From Promethearchaeota archaeon (GTDB lineage: Archaea > Asgardarchaeota > Lokiarchaeia > Sigyniarchaeales > SOKP01): a stretch of 64,000 bases of DNA. This document shows, one piece after another, positions 1 to 10,792 of the stretch. Numbering within the stretch: position 1 is the first letter of the stretch; each line of letters opens with the position of its first letter. The notes below the pieces were generated by a model that was given only the letters and a program-made list of their open reading frames with translations, ran no database searches and was not told the origin of the DNA. The position numbers were made by a program, and so were the translations under genes. Location of the stretch: contig JBHLNT010000003.1 of assembly GCA_048941265.1 (NCBI GenBank), forward strand, positions 20,701 to 84,700, written 5' to 3'.

Positions 1-111
1 TCGGATTATAAATTTCTTGGATCATTAATAAAATAAAATGGAACTAAATAATCCTACTTTACGCATTTAAAAACTAATAAGATTAAAAAAAAATGAATTA
101 GTTTCTGAAAA

Positions 112-1488
112 TTAAATTTTATTTTTTGATCGATATTTAATTAGAACGATGGCAAGACCTAATATTGAACCTAAGATTAAGAAAACATCATACCCATATA
201 TGATATTTCCCTCATCATTACCGCTCTCATTATTATCGGATTTACTAGAACCTAAAACTCCTGAAAATTTTGCGAACAACGTTTGACCATAAAACCCCGA
301 ACCAAAATTTCTTGTGTAGCCTGCTATAAATATATCACTTACATTATTAATGACAATACCTTCAGCTCTATCATCATCACTTCCCCCCCAAATCAATTGG
401 TCTTTTATTCTACCATTGCAATCATATTTTAATAATAACACTTCATCTTCTTTTGCATAAGAATAAGAAGTCCCCGCTATGTATAAATTTCCTTTTTTAT
501 CTAATGTAATATCCCTTCCTACATCATCCCAATCTCCACCGTCCCAACTATATTGCCACAATTCTTTACCGGTATGATTATATTTATATAATGCCAAATC
601 ATCATCCGAGGGACCCTCGATAAAACCAGTTATATACACATTACTATCCTGATCAACTGCTATACCATCAATCCATTCATCTGCATTGCTTCTCCAGCGT
701 GTAAAATTCCATAGTTGTTTATTACTTGAGCTATATTTAACGAGCATGAGGTCTTGATAAGAAGTTGTAGAATTTTCAAGTACTCCTGCCACATATATAT
801 TATTATCTTTATCGATTGCTATACATTCTGCATATTCCTGATCAGGAAAATTCCATGTAGCATTCCAAATGGAAGTTTTATCCTTATCAAATTTCGCAAT
901 AAAATTACCACCAAAAGTGTCAGTAATACCACACACATATATATATCCATCACCGTCAATTACTATATCATTTCCTTCATCATCATTAGAACCTCCCCAA
1001 GTAAAATTCCATAATTCATTGCCATTACTGTCAAATTTTACTAAAAACATATTATCTGATCCTGTTATGGTGTTATTTATAACACCAGTAACATAAAAAT
1101 GACTTTCATTATCGGCAATTATCGCATTCCCTCTAGTTTTATATGGAGTTCCCCATGTATAGTTCCATAATTTCATTCCTTTTGCGTTATACTTGATAAT
1201 AAACATACTATATGGAGAGATCCCAAAACTATAAGTATATCCTGTTATATATAAATTTCCAAACTTGTCAATAGTAATGTCATTCGCTCTTTCGTAATCT
1301 AAACCCCCCCATAATCTATACCAATTGTTTGCTATACTTGAAGTTTTAAGATCGTCAACATTAGTGTAATTATCCTCATTTGGAGTATTAATATTCAGTG
1401 TTGTAATGTATAGATTTATCAATGATCCAAATATAAATGAAATTAGCAAAAAATAAATTAGTCTTTTAGAGTATATTTTTAATTCCAC
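112..1488 (-). CDS. Secreted beta-propeller (SBBP-repeat) protein with C-terminal Loki-CTERM-like anchor
   Basis: N-terminal hydrophobic segment; ~7 repeats of W..TWGG...D.G..I.ID..GN.Y+.G; C-terminal I.GYD + TM helix + basic tail. Confidence 0.8.
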   Translation of the reverse strand: MELKIYSKRLIYFLLISFIFGSLINLYITTLNINTPNEDNYTNVDDLKTSSIANNWYRLWGGLDYERANDITIDKFGNLYITGYTYSFGISPYSMFIIKYNAKGMKLWNYTWGTPYKTRGNAIIADNESHFYVTGVINNTITGSDNMFLVKFDSNGNELWNFTWGGSNDDEGNDIVIDGDGYIYVCGITDTFGGNFIAKFDKDKTSIWNATWNFPDQEYAECIAIDKDNNIYVAGVLENSTTSYQDLMLVKYSSSNKQLWNFTRWRSNADEWIDGIAVDQDSNVYITGFIEGPSDDDLALYKYNHTGKELWQYSWDGGDWDDVGRDITLDKKGNLYIAGTSYSYAKEDEVLLLKYDCNGRIKDQLIWGGSDDDRAEGIVINNVSDIFIAGYTRNFGSGFYGQTLFAKFSGVLGSSKSDNNESGNDEGNIIYGYDVFLILGSILGLAIVLIKYRSKNKI

Positions 1489-1774
1489 CTCTCGTTAATT
1501 TAAGATCATATTTTGTTATCATTTGGTATGAAAATATTATACTTTAGAATTTATAAATCTAAGTTCAAATTTATTGATATTATTCTTTTTTAATTAGAAA
1601 AGAAAAACCATATGAGGAATTAATTTCTGAAATATTATAATAACCTTGAAATAATATTTCAAAATAATTTCTTTTATAAAATGTGAATTATAATTCAAAA
1701 CCAATTATAACATTGGTCATAATTATTTTAAATCATTAATAAAATAAAATAGAATAGTTAAATAAATCTCAATA

Positions 1775-2158
1775 ATGGTTTTTTTTATGGATCGACAGGA
1801 TTTCATTAAACAATTGGCAAATGTATCTGATTTAATGGTAAAAGAAAAATATCAAGAAGCCCTAGTTATTCTCGAAAAATTGAAAGAAATCGAAAAAAAA
1901 GGGGATTTTGATTACAATTTGACACATAAACTCTATCAGCTTGATTCAAATACTCGCTCATTATACAATCAAGAAGTAATTCTTAACCAAATCAATGCTT
2001 TAGCTACGAAACAAACTATAATACCTTTAAAGAAACTACATGATTTAATAAAAGATGATCTACAAATTGATGAAAGTATGCTCAGAAGGGAGATTGAACT
2101 TCTTATATTAAGGGATAAGATTCAAATTCAGATTAATGGGAATGAGTTAAAATTTTAG
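1775..2158 (+). CDS. Hypothetical protein, helical hairpin plus PCI-like winged helix
   Basis: 127-aa ORF; C-terminus ...LRREIELLILRDKIQIQINGNELKF resembles the PCI winged-helix end. Confidence 0.5.
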   Translation: MVFFMDRQDFIKQLANVSDLMVKEKYQEALVILEKLKEIEKKGDFDYNLTHKLYQLDSNTRSLYNQEVILNQINALATKQTIIPLKKLHDLIKDDLQIDESMLRREIELLILRDKIQIQINGNELKF

Positions 2159-2552
2159 TAGTATTTTTTTGAGGTCTTTTCACAAAATAATCAATATTAT
2201 AATTATAAGTACAAACACAATCGTAAGATATATTAAAAGCGTTCCTAATATTCGAGACTTGTGGCTTTTTTTTTTAAAGTCTCAACCTTGATATCTTTAT
2301 CATGCCACCTTACTATTTCCTTATTGTTATTTTTTTTTCTTCTTATCTTCACTCTCGTTAGATTCTGCAAAACCACTTCATTCTTCTCTCATAATGGCCT
2401 TTTTAACATAGATTATTACTAGGACTTTAATGGTAAAATAATATACTATAATCTGAGGATTTTTAATTACTTTAGCATCAATCGTGTTAAAAATACTAGG
2501 GTTTTTATATCTATTTTTTAAATCAACATAAAATGATCGTGTTGATTAAAGT

Positions 2553-3158
2553 TTGATTGTTGATGCGTTAGATAAGATCATCCAGTTAAAAATAGTTTAC
2601 TTTGGACCAGCAATGTCAGGCAAGACAACTTCTCTTAAAAATCTTTTCAATCATTTCGGTAAAAATAAAGAAGTTGAAAGCGTGGAGAGCACAATTGGGA
2701 GAACATTATTTTTCGACTATGGCTTAATTAATTTTCAGAATGATAACTGGAAACTTAAAATTCATATATATTCGACTACGGGACAAGACTTTTACATTGT
2801 AACTCGACCTGTAACTCTCAAAGCTGTGGATGGGCTCATTTTCGTAGCAGATTCTCAAAAAATAGCTTATGAACGGAATGTGATTTCATGGGGGGAGCTA
2901 AGTTCATATTTTGGCGATAATTTAATTAAAATCCCGAAAGTGATCGCTTTAAATAAACAGGACCTTCAAGATAAGTTTAGTACTGCTCAGTTTTTAAAGC
3001 AAATAAACTTTGATATTTTAAGTCCTTACGCAAAAGTTACCAAAACTATTGCTTTAAATGGAGAAGGAATTTTAGAATCTTTTGAGAAAGTTTTAAGCTT
3101 AATATTTAAAGAATTATATGGCAGCCAAATGATTTTTGATTTAAACTATGGAAACTAG
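2553..3158 (+). CDS. MglA-like small GTPase
   Basis: KIVYFGPAMSGKTT P-loop, RTLFFD switch I, TGQ, NKQD; TTG start. Confidence 0.85.
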   Translation: MIVDALDKIIQLKIVYFGPAMSGKTTSLKNLFNHFGKNKEVESVESTIGRTLFFDYGLINFQNDNWKLKIHIYSTTGQDFYIVTRPVTLKAVDGLIFVADSQKIAYERNVISWGELSSYFGDNLIKIPKVIALNKQDLQDKFSTAQFLKQINFDILSPYAKVTKTIALNGEGILESFEKVLSLIFKELYGSQMIFDLNYGN

Positions 3159-3289
3159 ATTTTCTTAGAATGTTTTCATATTTTCATCTTGTTTTTTTGG
3201 ATATTATAAAGTAAATACTTTTAATAGGAGTTCTACTTACAATTATATTAATTGTTTTTCCTAAATCAAATTCAACTTTAAGGATTTAT

Positions 3290-4009
3290 TTGAGTCTAAC
3301 TTTAACTCCTGAAAATGTTTGTCATAAGGTTGTAAATAATCAATTAACTAAAGTTGCTGCCACTGGACTGTTGATATCCTTATTAGAAAGGAGTAATGAT
3401 GATGAGACTAGAGCAAAGTGTATTGATGCATTTTCGAAATTAGGGTTAAAAATGCAAAAAATTTTTAGAATCATAGAAAATTGTGTGCTTTCTGATACAA
3501 GCGCACTTGTCAGAAGAGCAGCAATAAGAGTATTAGTCCAAGATTTTCCTAAGAATGATAACTATCTTTTGTTAAAATGGGTGGTTAATCACGAAAATTC
3601 TGTGATTGTGGTTAAGCAGTTATTTGACTTATTTAACGGTATTGATGATCCACATTTTAATCTCTTTAAGAAAACTTTACTGAAGAAGCTTGAAGATGTA
3701 TATAATATTATAGCTGATGAAGTTGAACTTATTCTAAATTTAGGAATATTATATATTGAATATTCCGGGGAATTTCAATTGGACATGCATTCCTCTTGGT
3801 TTAAAATAATGGAATTTGTGAAAAAGTATCCTGATAATGTAGGATTGCTTCCGAGGCTTATGTACCTAAGATCTGGAGGTCATAAATTAAAGCCATTATC
3901 AAAAACTACGCTTTCACTTTCAGAACTTAGAAAAATTTATCTTAAGGATAATGAAATAAGTTCTCTACCGAATTTTTGGGACAGAATAAAAGTGATTAAA
4001 GGATTATAG
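3290..4009 (+). CDS. HEAT-repeat protein with C-terminal LRR-like remnant
   Basis: RAKCIDAF / LSDTSALVRRAAIRVL HEAT motifs; LSELRKIYLKDNEISSLP LRR motif. Confidence 0.7.
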   Translation: MSLTLTPENVCHKVVNNQLTKVAATGLLISLLERSNDDETRAKCIDAFSKLGLKMQKIFRIIENCVLSDTSALVRRAAIRVLVQDFPKNDNYLLLKWVVNHENSVIVVKQLFDLFNGIDDPHFNLFKKTLLKKLEDVYNIIADEVELILNLGILYIEYSGEFQLDMHSSWFKIMEFVKKYPDNVGLLPRLMYLRSGGHKLKPLSKTTLSLSELRKIYLKDNEISSLPNFWDRIKVIKGL

Positions 4010-4030
4010 CTTCAAATTTTACCATATAAA

Positions 4031-5452
4031 TTAATACCAAACTAAGTCAATATTAAAATAATTTTTTGCGTTGTTATAACAAATATCTTGCACAATAGTT
4101 CCGATTAACTCAATATCATTAGGTAATTCACCTTTATCAATTTCTTCTCCTAAAAGATTGCATAATATTCTGCGAAAATATTCATGCCGCGGATATGATA
4201 AAAATGATCGTGAATCAGTCACCATTCCTACAAATTTACTCAACATTCCCATGTCTGAAAGTACATTGATTTGATTTATCATCCCTAATTTAGTATCTAA
4301 AAACCACCATGCGGGACCGAATTGGATTTTTCCAGGGATAGAGCCATCCTGGAAATTTCCGATCATAGATGCCATTACTGCATTATCTTTTGGATTTAAA
4401 TTAAAAAGTATAGTCTTAGGGAGTTTATTATCTTTATCAAGATTATCGAGAAATTTTGAAAGTGATCGAGCCATATCTGATTCACCAATAGAATCGAATC
4501 CAGAGTCAGGTCCAATTATTCGAAAAAATCGTGAATTATTATTTCTCATAGCTCCAATATGCAACATTTGAGTCCAATTTTTTTCGTAATTCATTGATGC
4601 AAATTCACTCATCATAGCCGATTTGAACTTCACAATTTCAAAATGGTCAAGTTCATAACCACTTCTTATTTTATTAAAGATCTTTGTTATTTCATTTTCA
4701 GAGTACTTTTCAGCAAAAATAGTTTCCATCCCATGGTCAGAAATTCTACAACCGAGTTTATGAAAACTGTCATGTCTCTCCTTTATAACCGAAATGTATT
4801 TATCATAATTATCAATAGAATTATTAGTAATAGCTTCTAAATTATCAACCCATTCATTAAAATTCTTAGCAGATTCAACCGCCATACCTTTATCTGGGCG
4901 AAAGGTAGGTAATACATTTATTTCAAATTTATCTTCCTTTAACTTCTTATGATATTCAAGGCTACTAGTAGGATCATCTGTAGTGCATACTACTTTAATA
5001 TTAAACTTTCTCAATAAATTCTTTACGCTGAAATCATCAGTTTCCAGTAATTTATTACATTTATTATAAATATAATCTGCGGTGTTTGGATTTAAAACTC
5101 GGTCAGTGATCCCGAAATAATTTTTAAGCTCAAGATGCGTCCAATGATAAATCGGATTGCGAATTGTATAAGGAACTGTTTCGGCCCAGGCTTTAAATTT
5201 TTCATAATCACTTTTATTTCCAGTAATATATTGCTCATCAATTCCATAAGCCCTCATCAAACGCCATTTATAATGATCACCATACAACCAAATTTGAGTA
5301 ATATTTTCAAATTTTAAATCATTCGCAATTTGATCAGGGGGAAGATGGGAATGATAATCAATAATAGGCATATTTTTAGCATAATTATGATATAGCTCTT
5401 TTGCTGATTTTGAATACAAAAGAAAATCTTCCGCTATAAAATTTTGAACCAT
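4031..5452 (-). CDS. uxaC: Glucuronate (uronate) isomerase
   Basis: PIIDYHSHL, GDHYKWRLMR, GPAWWFLD, GMVTDSRSFLSYPRHEYFRRILC motifs. Confidence 0.95.
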   Translation of the reverse strand: MVQNFIAEDFLLYSKSAKELYHNYAKNMPIIDYHSHLPPDQIANDLKFENITQIWLYGDHYKWRLMRAYGIDEQYITGNKSDYEKFKAWAETVPYTIRNPIYHWTHLELKNYFGITDRVLNPNTADYIYNKCNKLLETDDFSVKNLLRKFNIKVVCTTDDPTSSLEYHKKLKEDKFEINVLPTFRPDKGMAVESAKNFNEWVDNLEAITNNSIDNYDKYISVIKERHDSFHKLGCRISDHGMETIFAEKYSENEITKIFNKIRSGYELDHFEIVKFKSAMMSEFASMNYEKNWTQMLHIGAMRNNNSRFFRIIGPDSGFDSIGESDMARSLSKFLDNLDKDNKLPKTILFNLNPKDNAVMASMIGNFQDGSIPGKIQFGPAWWFLDTKLGMINQINVLSDMGMLSKFVGMVTDSRSFLSYPRHEYFRRILCNLLGEEIDKGELPNDIELIGTIVQDICYNNAKNYFNIDLVWY

Positions 5453-5470
5453 TTTGAATTCCTCTATTTT

Positions 5471-7012
5471 TTATGTTATTTGATCTATACCCAATAGTTC
5501 CATATGTTTAGATATATGATTTTTAACTAATTCATAATGAATATCTTCATATTCATTTAAAGTTTTGAAAAACTCATCTCTGATTTCAGGATCGTTTAAT
5601 AAACCACCATAAGTAATGTGAAGTAATTGCCTAGATTCATCTTTTTCTAGATATTCAATTAAATTTTCGTCTTCTACATCATTTATATTTTTTATTTTTG
5701 AAATATCTGCCGTTATATGATAATATTTTAACGCGTTATCATAATATTGAAAGGCTTTTTTATGTATTTTACGATATAAATTTGGATTACATTTGGCGAT
5801 ACATCTAAGTGCTTCAAGCCAGCTTGTACCCGCGGTTTTGAGATGTAAACGTAAACCTGTATATTTCCCAATAATAGGATAAATTGAGAATTTATCACTT
5901 CCAGAATGTATGGAAATTTTATAATTTCCATATTTTTTTGCAATTTCACAATGAATTTTGAAATTATTCTCAAATTCGTTAACATCTCCTAAATAATCAA
6001 TTGCTTTTTGAAATTCTCCGATAAATCTCGGAGCTAAAGAGTTAATAGATATTTCTCTATAAATTAGCTCATTAATGATAAATAAATGGTGTGTAGGTAA
6101 AGTTGGTGTAGTCGTTTCATCAATACTGATTTCAAGGTCATAATCATCACCCCGATCTTTTTTTAAGTGCATATCTACTTTTTTAGCAAAGTTTAAAGCT
6201 TCTTGATATAATAGAGTGCACAACTTAGCTTCTACTGAAGTAAAAACTATTTCATATTTCCCAATATGAAAAGATTGATTAATATATGTGTTTATTATAC
6301 GTTTTTTTTGATTATTATCCAATTTTTTAAATTCTTCATTAATTTCAAAATCACTCCAATCCGAAACCTCTGTATTTAACACATTTGTTAAATCTAACGT
6401 TATCATTGGCATTCCTGCTTTTAACGCAACGTTAATATCTTCTATAGTTTTTAAGTGGTCTCCATCTGCCCCATAACCTCTCTCAAAACCTTCTTGAAAC
6501 ACCAAAAACGCTACATCTGTAATTACCTGATTATAACTCCTTTTTGTTAAATTTAATTCTCTGATGGATTGTTGAGCAAGTACAGGATAGATATCATATT
6601 TTCTAGCAGCGTGAATATGACCAGGTGTAGCTAAACCAAGCCTATCACCGAAGCCAAAAGTTGTTTTTTTATCCCAAAGTGATATAGGCTTTGTAAAAGG
6701 AAAAAGTTTTTGAAGTATTTGAGAATTATAATAATTTATCTCCACTTCTTCGATGAAGATTTTGCCAATAAGTTGAACAACGCCAGTAAATTCTGAACTA
6801 AAACTTTTTTTAGAAACTAAATATAGAGATTTCTTATTATTTACTTTTCCAATGAAAAATAATATGTTATTTTTTAAGTATAACGAATTTCTATAAATTT
6901 TTACATCTTTCGAAAGAAAAAAATGGTCTTTTTGGTGTTTTAATTTATATATATCTGCTTGATCTTTATCTAATAACTTCAATTCTTCAATTAATTTTAT
7001 TAGATTATGCAT
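5471..7012 (-). CDS. uxaE: Tagaturonate/fructuronate epimerase
   Basis: GFGDRLGLATPGH, AQQSIRE, GADGDHLK, EISIDET, HSGSDKFS, HLKTAGTSWLEALR; adjacent to uxaC. Confidence 0.9.
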   Translation of the reverse strand: MHNLIKLIEELKLLDKDQADIYKLKHQKDHFFLSKDVKIYRNSLYLKNNILFFIGKVNNKKSLYLVSKKSFSSEFTGVVQLIGKIFIEEVEINYYNSQILQKLFPFTKPISLWDKKTTFGFGDRLGLATPGHIHAARKYDIYPVLAQQSIRELNLTKRSYNQVITDVAFLVFQEGFERGYGADGDHLKTIEDINVALKAGMPMITLDLTNVLNTEVSDWSDFEINEEFKKLDNNQKKRIINTYINQSFHIGKYEIVFTSVEAKLCTLLYQEALNFAKKVDMHLKKDRGDDYDLEISIDETTTPTLPTHHLFIINELIYREISINSLAPRFIGEFQKAIDYLGDVNEFENNFKIHCEIAKKYGNYKISIHSGSDKFSIYPIIGKYTGLRLHLKTAGTSWLEALRCIAKCNPNLYRKIHKKAFQYYDNALKYYHITADISKIKNINDVEDENLIEYLEKDESRQLLHITYGGLLNDPEIRDEFFKTLNEYEDIHYELVKNHISKHMELLGIDQIT

Positions 7013-7066
7013 TATTTAGCATTTACTTTAATTTTAATAATATAATAAATACTATAGACAAATAAA

Positions 7067-8269
7067 TTAGAAAAAATCAGCCGATACTGGAGATTGTATT
7101 CTTATAGATTTTTGATTGTTATCCTCTAAGATTGAAATTAACGCAGATATATTTTGTTTAGATTTATAGGTAATCTCTTTTTCTTCATCTTTTTTCCAAC
7201 TTTTAAATCCAGTTAGATTAGGAGCTGTTTCAAATAGGCCTTCCTGTAAACCTGTGAGTTTTACAGTAACTCCTTCTAAATCCTCATTTGATGTGTTTTT
7301 AATTCGTACAGTATATTGTTCCAAGTCCGACTCTATTTCTATAACCTTATAAAATTTTTGAAACTTTGAAGAAATCCCATCAAATAAAGAGGGGGCACTA
7401 GCCTGTCCAGAAGAAAATAAATTTATTCCTTCCTGTTCCTTTCGGGCAGGTCCTGAGGTGATGGTAATAGGGATTTCAAATTTTATGATATCACGCCCAG
7501 TAGATGGCTTTCCAAGTACTAAGACAGACCACTTTGTATAATCACCATATCGAAATCCCCAGTATTCTTTATCCGTTGGTTCCCAAAGGTAATTGTGTGT
7601 TGGTTCTGCAATTTCTGGTACTTTTAACAACATAAAGCCTTGTTCTGTATTAGTAGTTTTTACATCTCCTGCGATGGCGGGGGGTAATTCCTCCACCTTA
7701 CGACAATTTTGGCCGTAAGCTTCACAATAACATACTATATTGGCAGACTGTAATAATCTTATTTCAATTTCTTTATAATGGTCGGAAGTGTAATTGAATT
7801 TAATAGTCTCTCCCGGTTTAAAAACATCTTTTTTGAGAAGAACATTCAAACCTGACATCGAAAAAGAAACAGGGTTTTGTGTTACAGCTTGAAGCTGTGA
7901 TTCTTTGACTTTAATTTCTATATCATGAGATTTTTTGACCACAATATTATCATCCGGATTTATTGGGTTTTCCTGTCGTAAGATCATTTGAATTGTATAC
8001 TCTAAATTTCGTTTTTTAATAGTAGGAATTACATTATTTTTTATGAGCATTGATCTTTCACGAATATATTCTCCCGCTTCAAAATTTCCTTTAGAAAATA
8101 TCTCCGCCTTTGCAATTTGAAGCTCTTTCAAACAAGGAGGATGAGTAATTAATCCTATTCCGCTCCATAAAATCGATGTCTCACCGTCAAAATTGAATTT
8201 CGTCCTTAGATTCAATTTTTCTCCGATATAGACCGAACCATTGTTTAAATCAGTTAATTCAAGCTTCAT
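7067..8269 (-). CDS. Arrestin/Vps26-like beta-sandwich protein with extra C-terminal Ig-like domain
   Basis: GEY...IPT....Y.IQM pattern of arrestin-N; LKKDVFKPGETI pattern of arrestin-C; all-beta character; inferred by eye. Confidence 0.5.
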   Translation of the reverse strand: MKLELTDLNNGSVYIGEKLNLRTKFNFDGETSILWSGIGLITHPPCLKELQIAKAEIFSKGNFEAGEYIRERSMLIKNNVIPTIKKRNLEYTIQMILRQENPINPDDNIVVKKSHDIEIKVKESQLQAVTQNPVSFSMSGLNVLLKKDVFKPGETIKFNYTSDHYKEIEIRLLQSANIVCYCEAYGQNCRKVEELPPAIAGDVKTTNTEQGFMLLKVPEIAEPTHNYLWEPTDKEYWGFRYGDYTKWSVLVLGKPSTGRDIIKFEIPITITSGPARKEQEGINLFSSGQASAPSLFDGISSKFQKFYKVIEIESDLEQYTVRIKNTSNEDLEGVTVKLTGLQEGLFETAPNLTGFKSWKKDEEKEITYKSKQNISALISILEDNNQKSIRIQSPVSADFF

Positions 8270-8461
8270 TATTTAATAGATTCAAATTGATTTTATTATG
8301 CTCATTTAATTAATTTATAAAGGTTTTGTACTATATTAATTTTTATGATTGCGACTTAAATTTCAAGAGTTTATTCCGAAATCTCCTAATTTATTGTTTT
8401 TTAAATAAAACTTTTACTTTTAATATCTTAAATCATTTTTAAAAATAATATATAATAAAAT

Positions 8462-9190
8462 ATGCTAAAAATTACTACTATGAGCTTAAGAAACAACATA
8501 AAAGCAATTCTTTTTGATCTGGATGGTACTCTCATAGAAGTTAATTTGAAATTATTCATCCCAGAATATTTAAAATTATTGGCTTCAAATGTATCTCATC
8601 TTGTAAGGCAAAGCAAATTTATTTCAAAACTTATGATTGCTTCACAGGAAGTGGATAAAAATGACGGAACCAAAACTAATGACCAAGTCTTTGCTGAAGC
8701 ATTTTTTCCTCTAATAGGCTATGCTCGAGAAGAGATGGATCCTTTGTTTGATAAATTTTATGAACAAGATTTTCCAAAACTTCGTCAATACACAAAACCA
8801 AAGCCCGCTGCTCGAAAAGTTATGAAACGCGCTTTTGAAAAAGGGTATGACGTGGTAATTGCAACTACTCCATTACTTCCTGAAACTGCAATTAGACAAC
8901 GTTTAGATTGGGCAGGAGTTCCTATTGATGATTTTCCTTATAAATTGATTACATCACTCGAAAATACGTATGCAAATAAACCAAATCTCTTATATTATGA
9001 GTTAATTGCTGATACTATAGGTTGCTCTCCGGAAGAATGTATGATGGTAGGAGATGAGGATAAAGATATGGTTGCAGCACGATTAGGAATGAAAACGTTT
9101 TTGGTGCAAAGTTCTAATACGAAATTAGGATCTGATATACCTAAACCGGATTACCAAGGAACTTTGGCTGATTTGGAAAAAATACTTTAA
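8462..9190 (+). CDS. HAD-superfamily hydrolase
   Basis: FDLDGTL motif I, KP motif, MVGD...D motif IV. Confidence 0.9.
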   Translation: MLKITTMSLRNNIKAILFDLDGTLIEVNLKLFIPEYLKLLASNVSHLVRQSKFISKLMIASQEVDKNDGTKTNDQVFAEAFFPLIGYAREEMDPLFDKFYEQDFPKLRQYTKPKPAARKVMKRAFEKGYDVVIATTPLLPETAIRQRLDWAGVPIDDFPYKLITSLENTYANKPNLLYYELIADTIGCSPEECMMVGDEDKDMVAARLGMKTFLVQSSNTKLGSDIPKPDYQGTLADLEKIL

Positions 9191-9191
9191 C

Positions 9192-9773
9192 TTATTCTTG
9201 ATCTATTATACGATTAATCTCATTGTATCTAAAGCAATCTATTATATGGTCATTTACCATACCGACGGCTTGCATAAAAGCATAACTAATAGTTGGTCCT
9301 ATGAATTTAAATCCTCTTTTCTTCAAATCCTTACTCATCTTTTCAGATTCCTTAGTTTGGGAGGGCAATTCTGAAAGGATTTTAAAATCATGTATAATAG
9401 GTTTATAGTTTACAAATTGCCAGATATACCTGTCAAAGGAACCAAACTGTTTCTGTACACCTAAAAAAGCTTTAGCATTGGAAACCGCGGCATTTATCTT
9501 TAACCAATTTCTTATAATATTGCTATTTCCCATCAATTCTTCAATTTTCTCTTCATTATATTGAGCTATTTTATTATAATTAAAACTATCAAATGCCTTT
9601 CTGTAATTTTCACGTTTTTGTAAGATTATATTCCAACTCAATCCCGCCTGAACTCCCTCTAATATTAAGAACTCAAAAAGAGAATCATCATCATGGTTGG
9701 GAACACCCCATTCTTTATCATGGTATTCTTTCATAATTTTGTTATAATTACCCCATTCACATCTCGAAACCAT
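9192..9773 (-). CDS. tag: DNA-3-methyladenine glycosylase I
   Basis: RCEW, YHDKEWGVP, LEGVQAGLSW, GFKFIGPT, GMVNDH...C. Confidence 0.95.
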   Translation of the reverse strand: MVSRCEWGNYNKIMKEYHDKEWGVPNHDDDSLFEFLILEGVQAGLSWNIILQKRENYRKAFDSFNYNKIAQYNEEKIEELMGNSNIIRNWLKINAAVSNAKAFLGVQKQFGSFDRYIWQFVNYKPIIHDFKILSELPSQTKESEKMSKDLKKRGFKFIGPTISYAFMQAVGMVNDHIIDCFRYNEINRIIDQE

Positions 9774-9853
9774 TTTAAAATTACTCTCAAAATATTTTAA
9801 TAGTCATATAAAAAGACAAAAAATAAATAAAGTTAATTGAATATCATTAAAAT

Positions 9854-10237
9854 ATGATAGAGAATGATGAATCTATTGAAAGATACTTTGATTGCCGTGT
9901 GTGCGGTCGTAGTCACAAAGTTAAATTAAATAAGAAGTTACTTGAGGGAAGGACTAAATTTCCATTTCCACAGATATACCTCCACGATCATATCGAAGGA
10001 ATTGAACATAAAGAAGTCTTGACAATCCTTTATTTAGATAACAATCTACAGATTAGACATACAGAAGTCCAGGAATTAGGTTCCGACTCTATTTTTTCTA
10101 AGGAGCAAGTAGAGGCAATAACTAAACCATTAATAGGTGAAATAGAACTTTTACGCGATGAAATCAGGAAGTTAAATAGAGAGATTAAGGATTTAAAAAT
10201 TAAACTTACTAGTAAGCATTATAATAGGCAATATTAA
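9854..10237 (+). CDS. Small CxxC Zn-binding protein with C-terminal coiled coil (paralog 1)
   Basis: CRVCGRSH, LHD, LTILYLD; highly similar to 10352-10705. Confidence 0.7.
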   Translation: MIENDESIERYFDCRVCGRSHKVKLNKKLLEGRTKFPFPQIYLHDHIEGIEHKEVLTILYLDNNLQIRHTEVQELGSDSIFSKEQVEAITKPLIGEIELLRDEIRKLNREIKDLKIKLTSKHYNRQY

Positions 10238-10351
10238 ATCTTCTTAAACAAAAATGTAAGACTTAATTTCATAACTTTAACGTACATGATTTTGAGTTTT
10301 TAAATTTACGCCAAAACTTAAGCATTAATATTCCTTTATTATATTTGCATT

Positions 10352-10705
10352 ATGGAAGATAAAGAAGATTTCATCGAAAGACCTTTTCGGTGTAAAATTT
10401 GTAATAAAACTCATATGGTCAAATTAAACAAAAAAATTATAGAAGGTCGTAAGAAATTCCCCTTACCCTACGTTTTTCTCCATGATTCCATCAATGGAGT
10501 TCAACATAAGGAAGTTTTAACTATTCTTTACATAGATAGTAATTTACAGATACGGCATTCAGAAATTCAAGAATTAGGATACGACGACTTGTTCTCTAAA
10601 GAGCAAGTAGTCGCGATAATGAGACCATTATTAGAAGAGATTAATATCCTAAGAACAGAAGTAGAAAAACTCACGGCGGAGCTTAAAAGCTATAGAAACA
10701 ATTAA
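10352..10705 (+). CDS. Small CxxC Zn-binding protein with C-terminal coiled coil (paralog 2)
   Basis: CKICNKTH, LHD, LTILYID; tandem duplicate of 9854-10237. Confidence 0.7.
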   Translation: MEDKEDFIERPFRCKICNKTHMVKLNKKIIEGRKKFPLPYVFLHDSINGVQHKEVLTILYIDSNLQIRHSEIQELGYDDLFSKEQVVAIMRPLLEEINILRTEVEKLTAELKSYRNN

Positions 10706-10792
10706 AAAAGAGATATAACATTCTTTTTATAATTTCTTTAAGATTTGGTAATAAAAAAGAAAGAAAGAAAAAATTTAGAAGTTTCCGTTTTT

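Noticed and set aside
754-1096. Short antisense or overlapping track ORFs (e.g. 754, 869, 12016, 15278, 26388, 52603, 59131)
   Set aside because: Shadows of well-supported genes, with no motifs.
2253-2283. Hairpin GAGACTT...AAGTCTC with A/T-run loop as a second SECIS; nearby minus-strand basic mini-ORF
   Set aside because: No AUGA/GA core geometry and no Sec-candidate gene adjacent; more likely terminator-like or chance.
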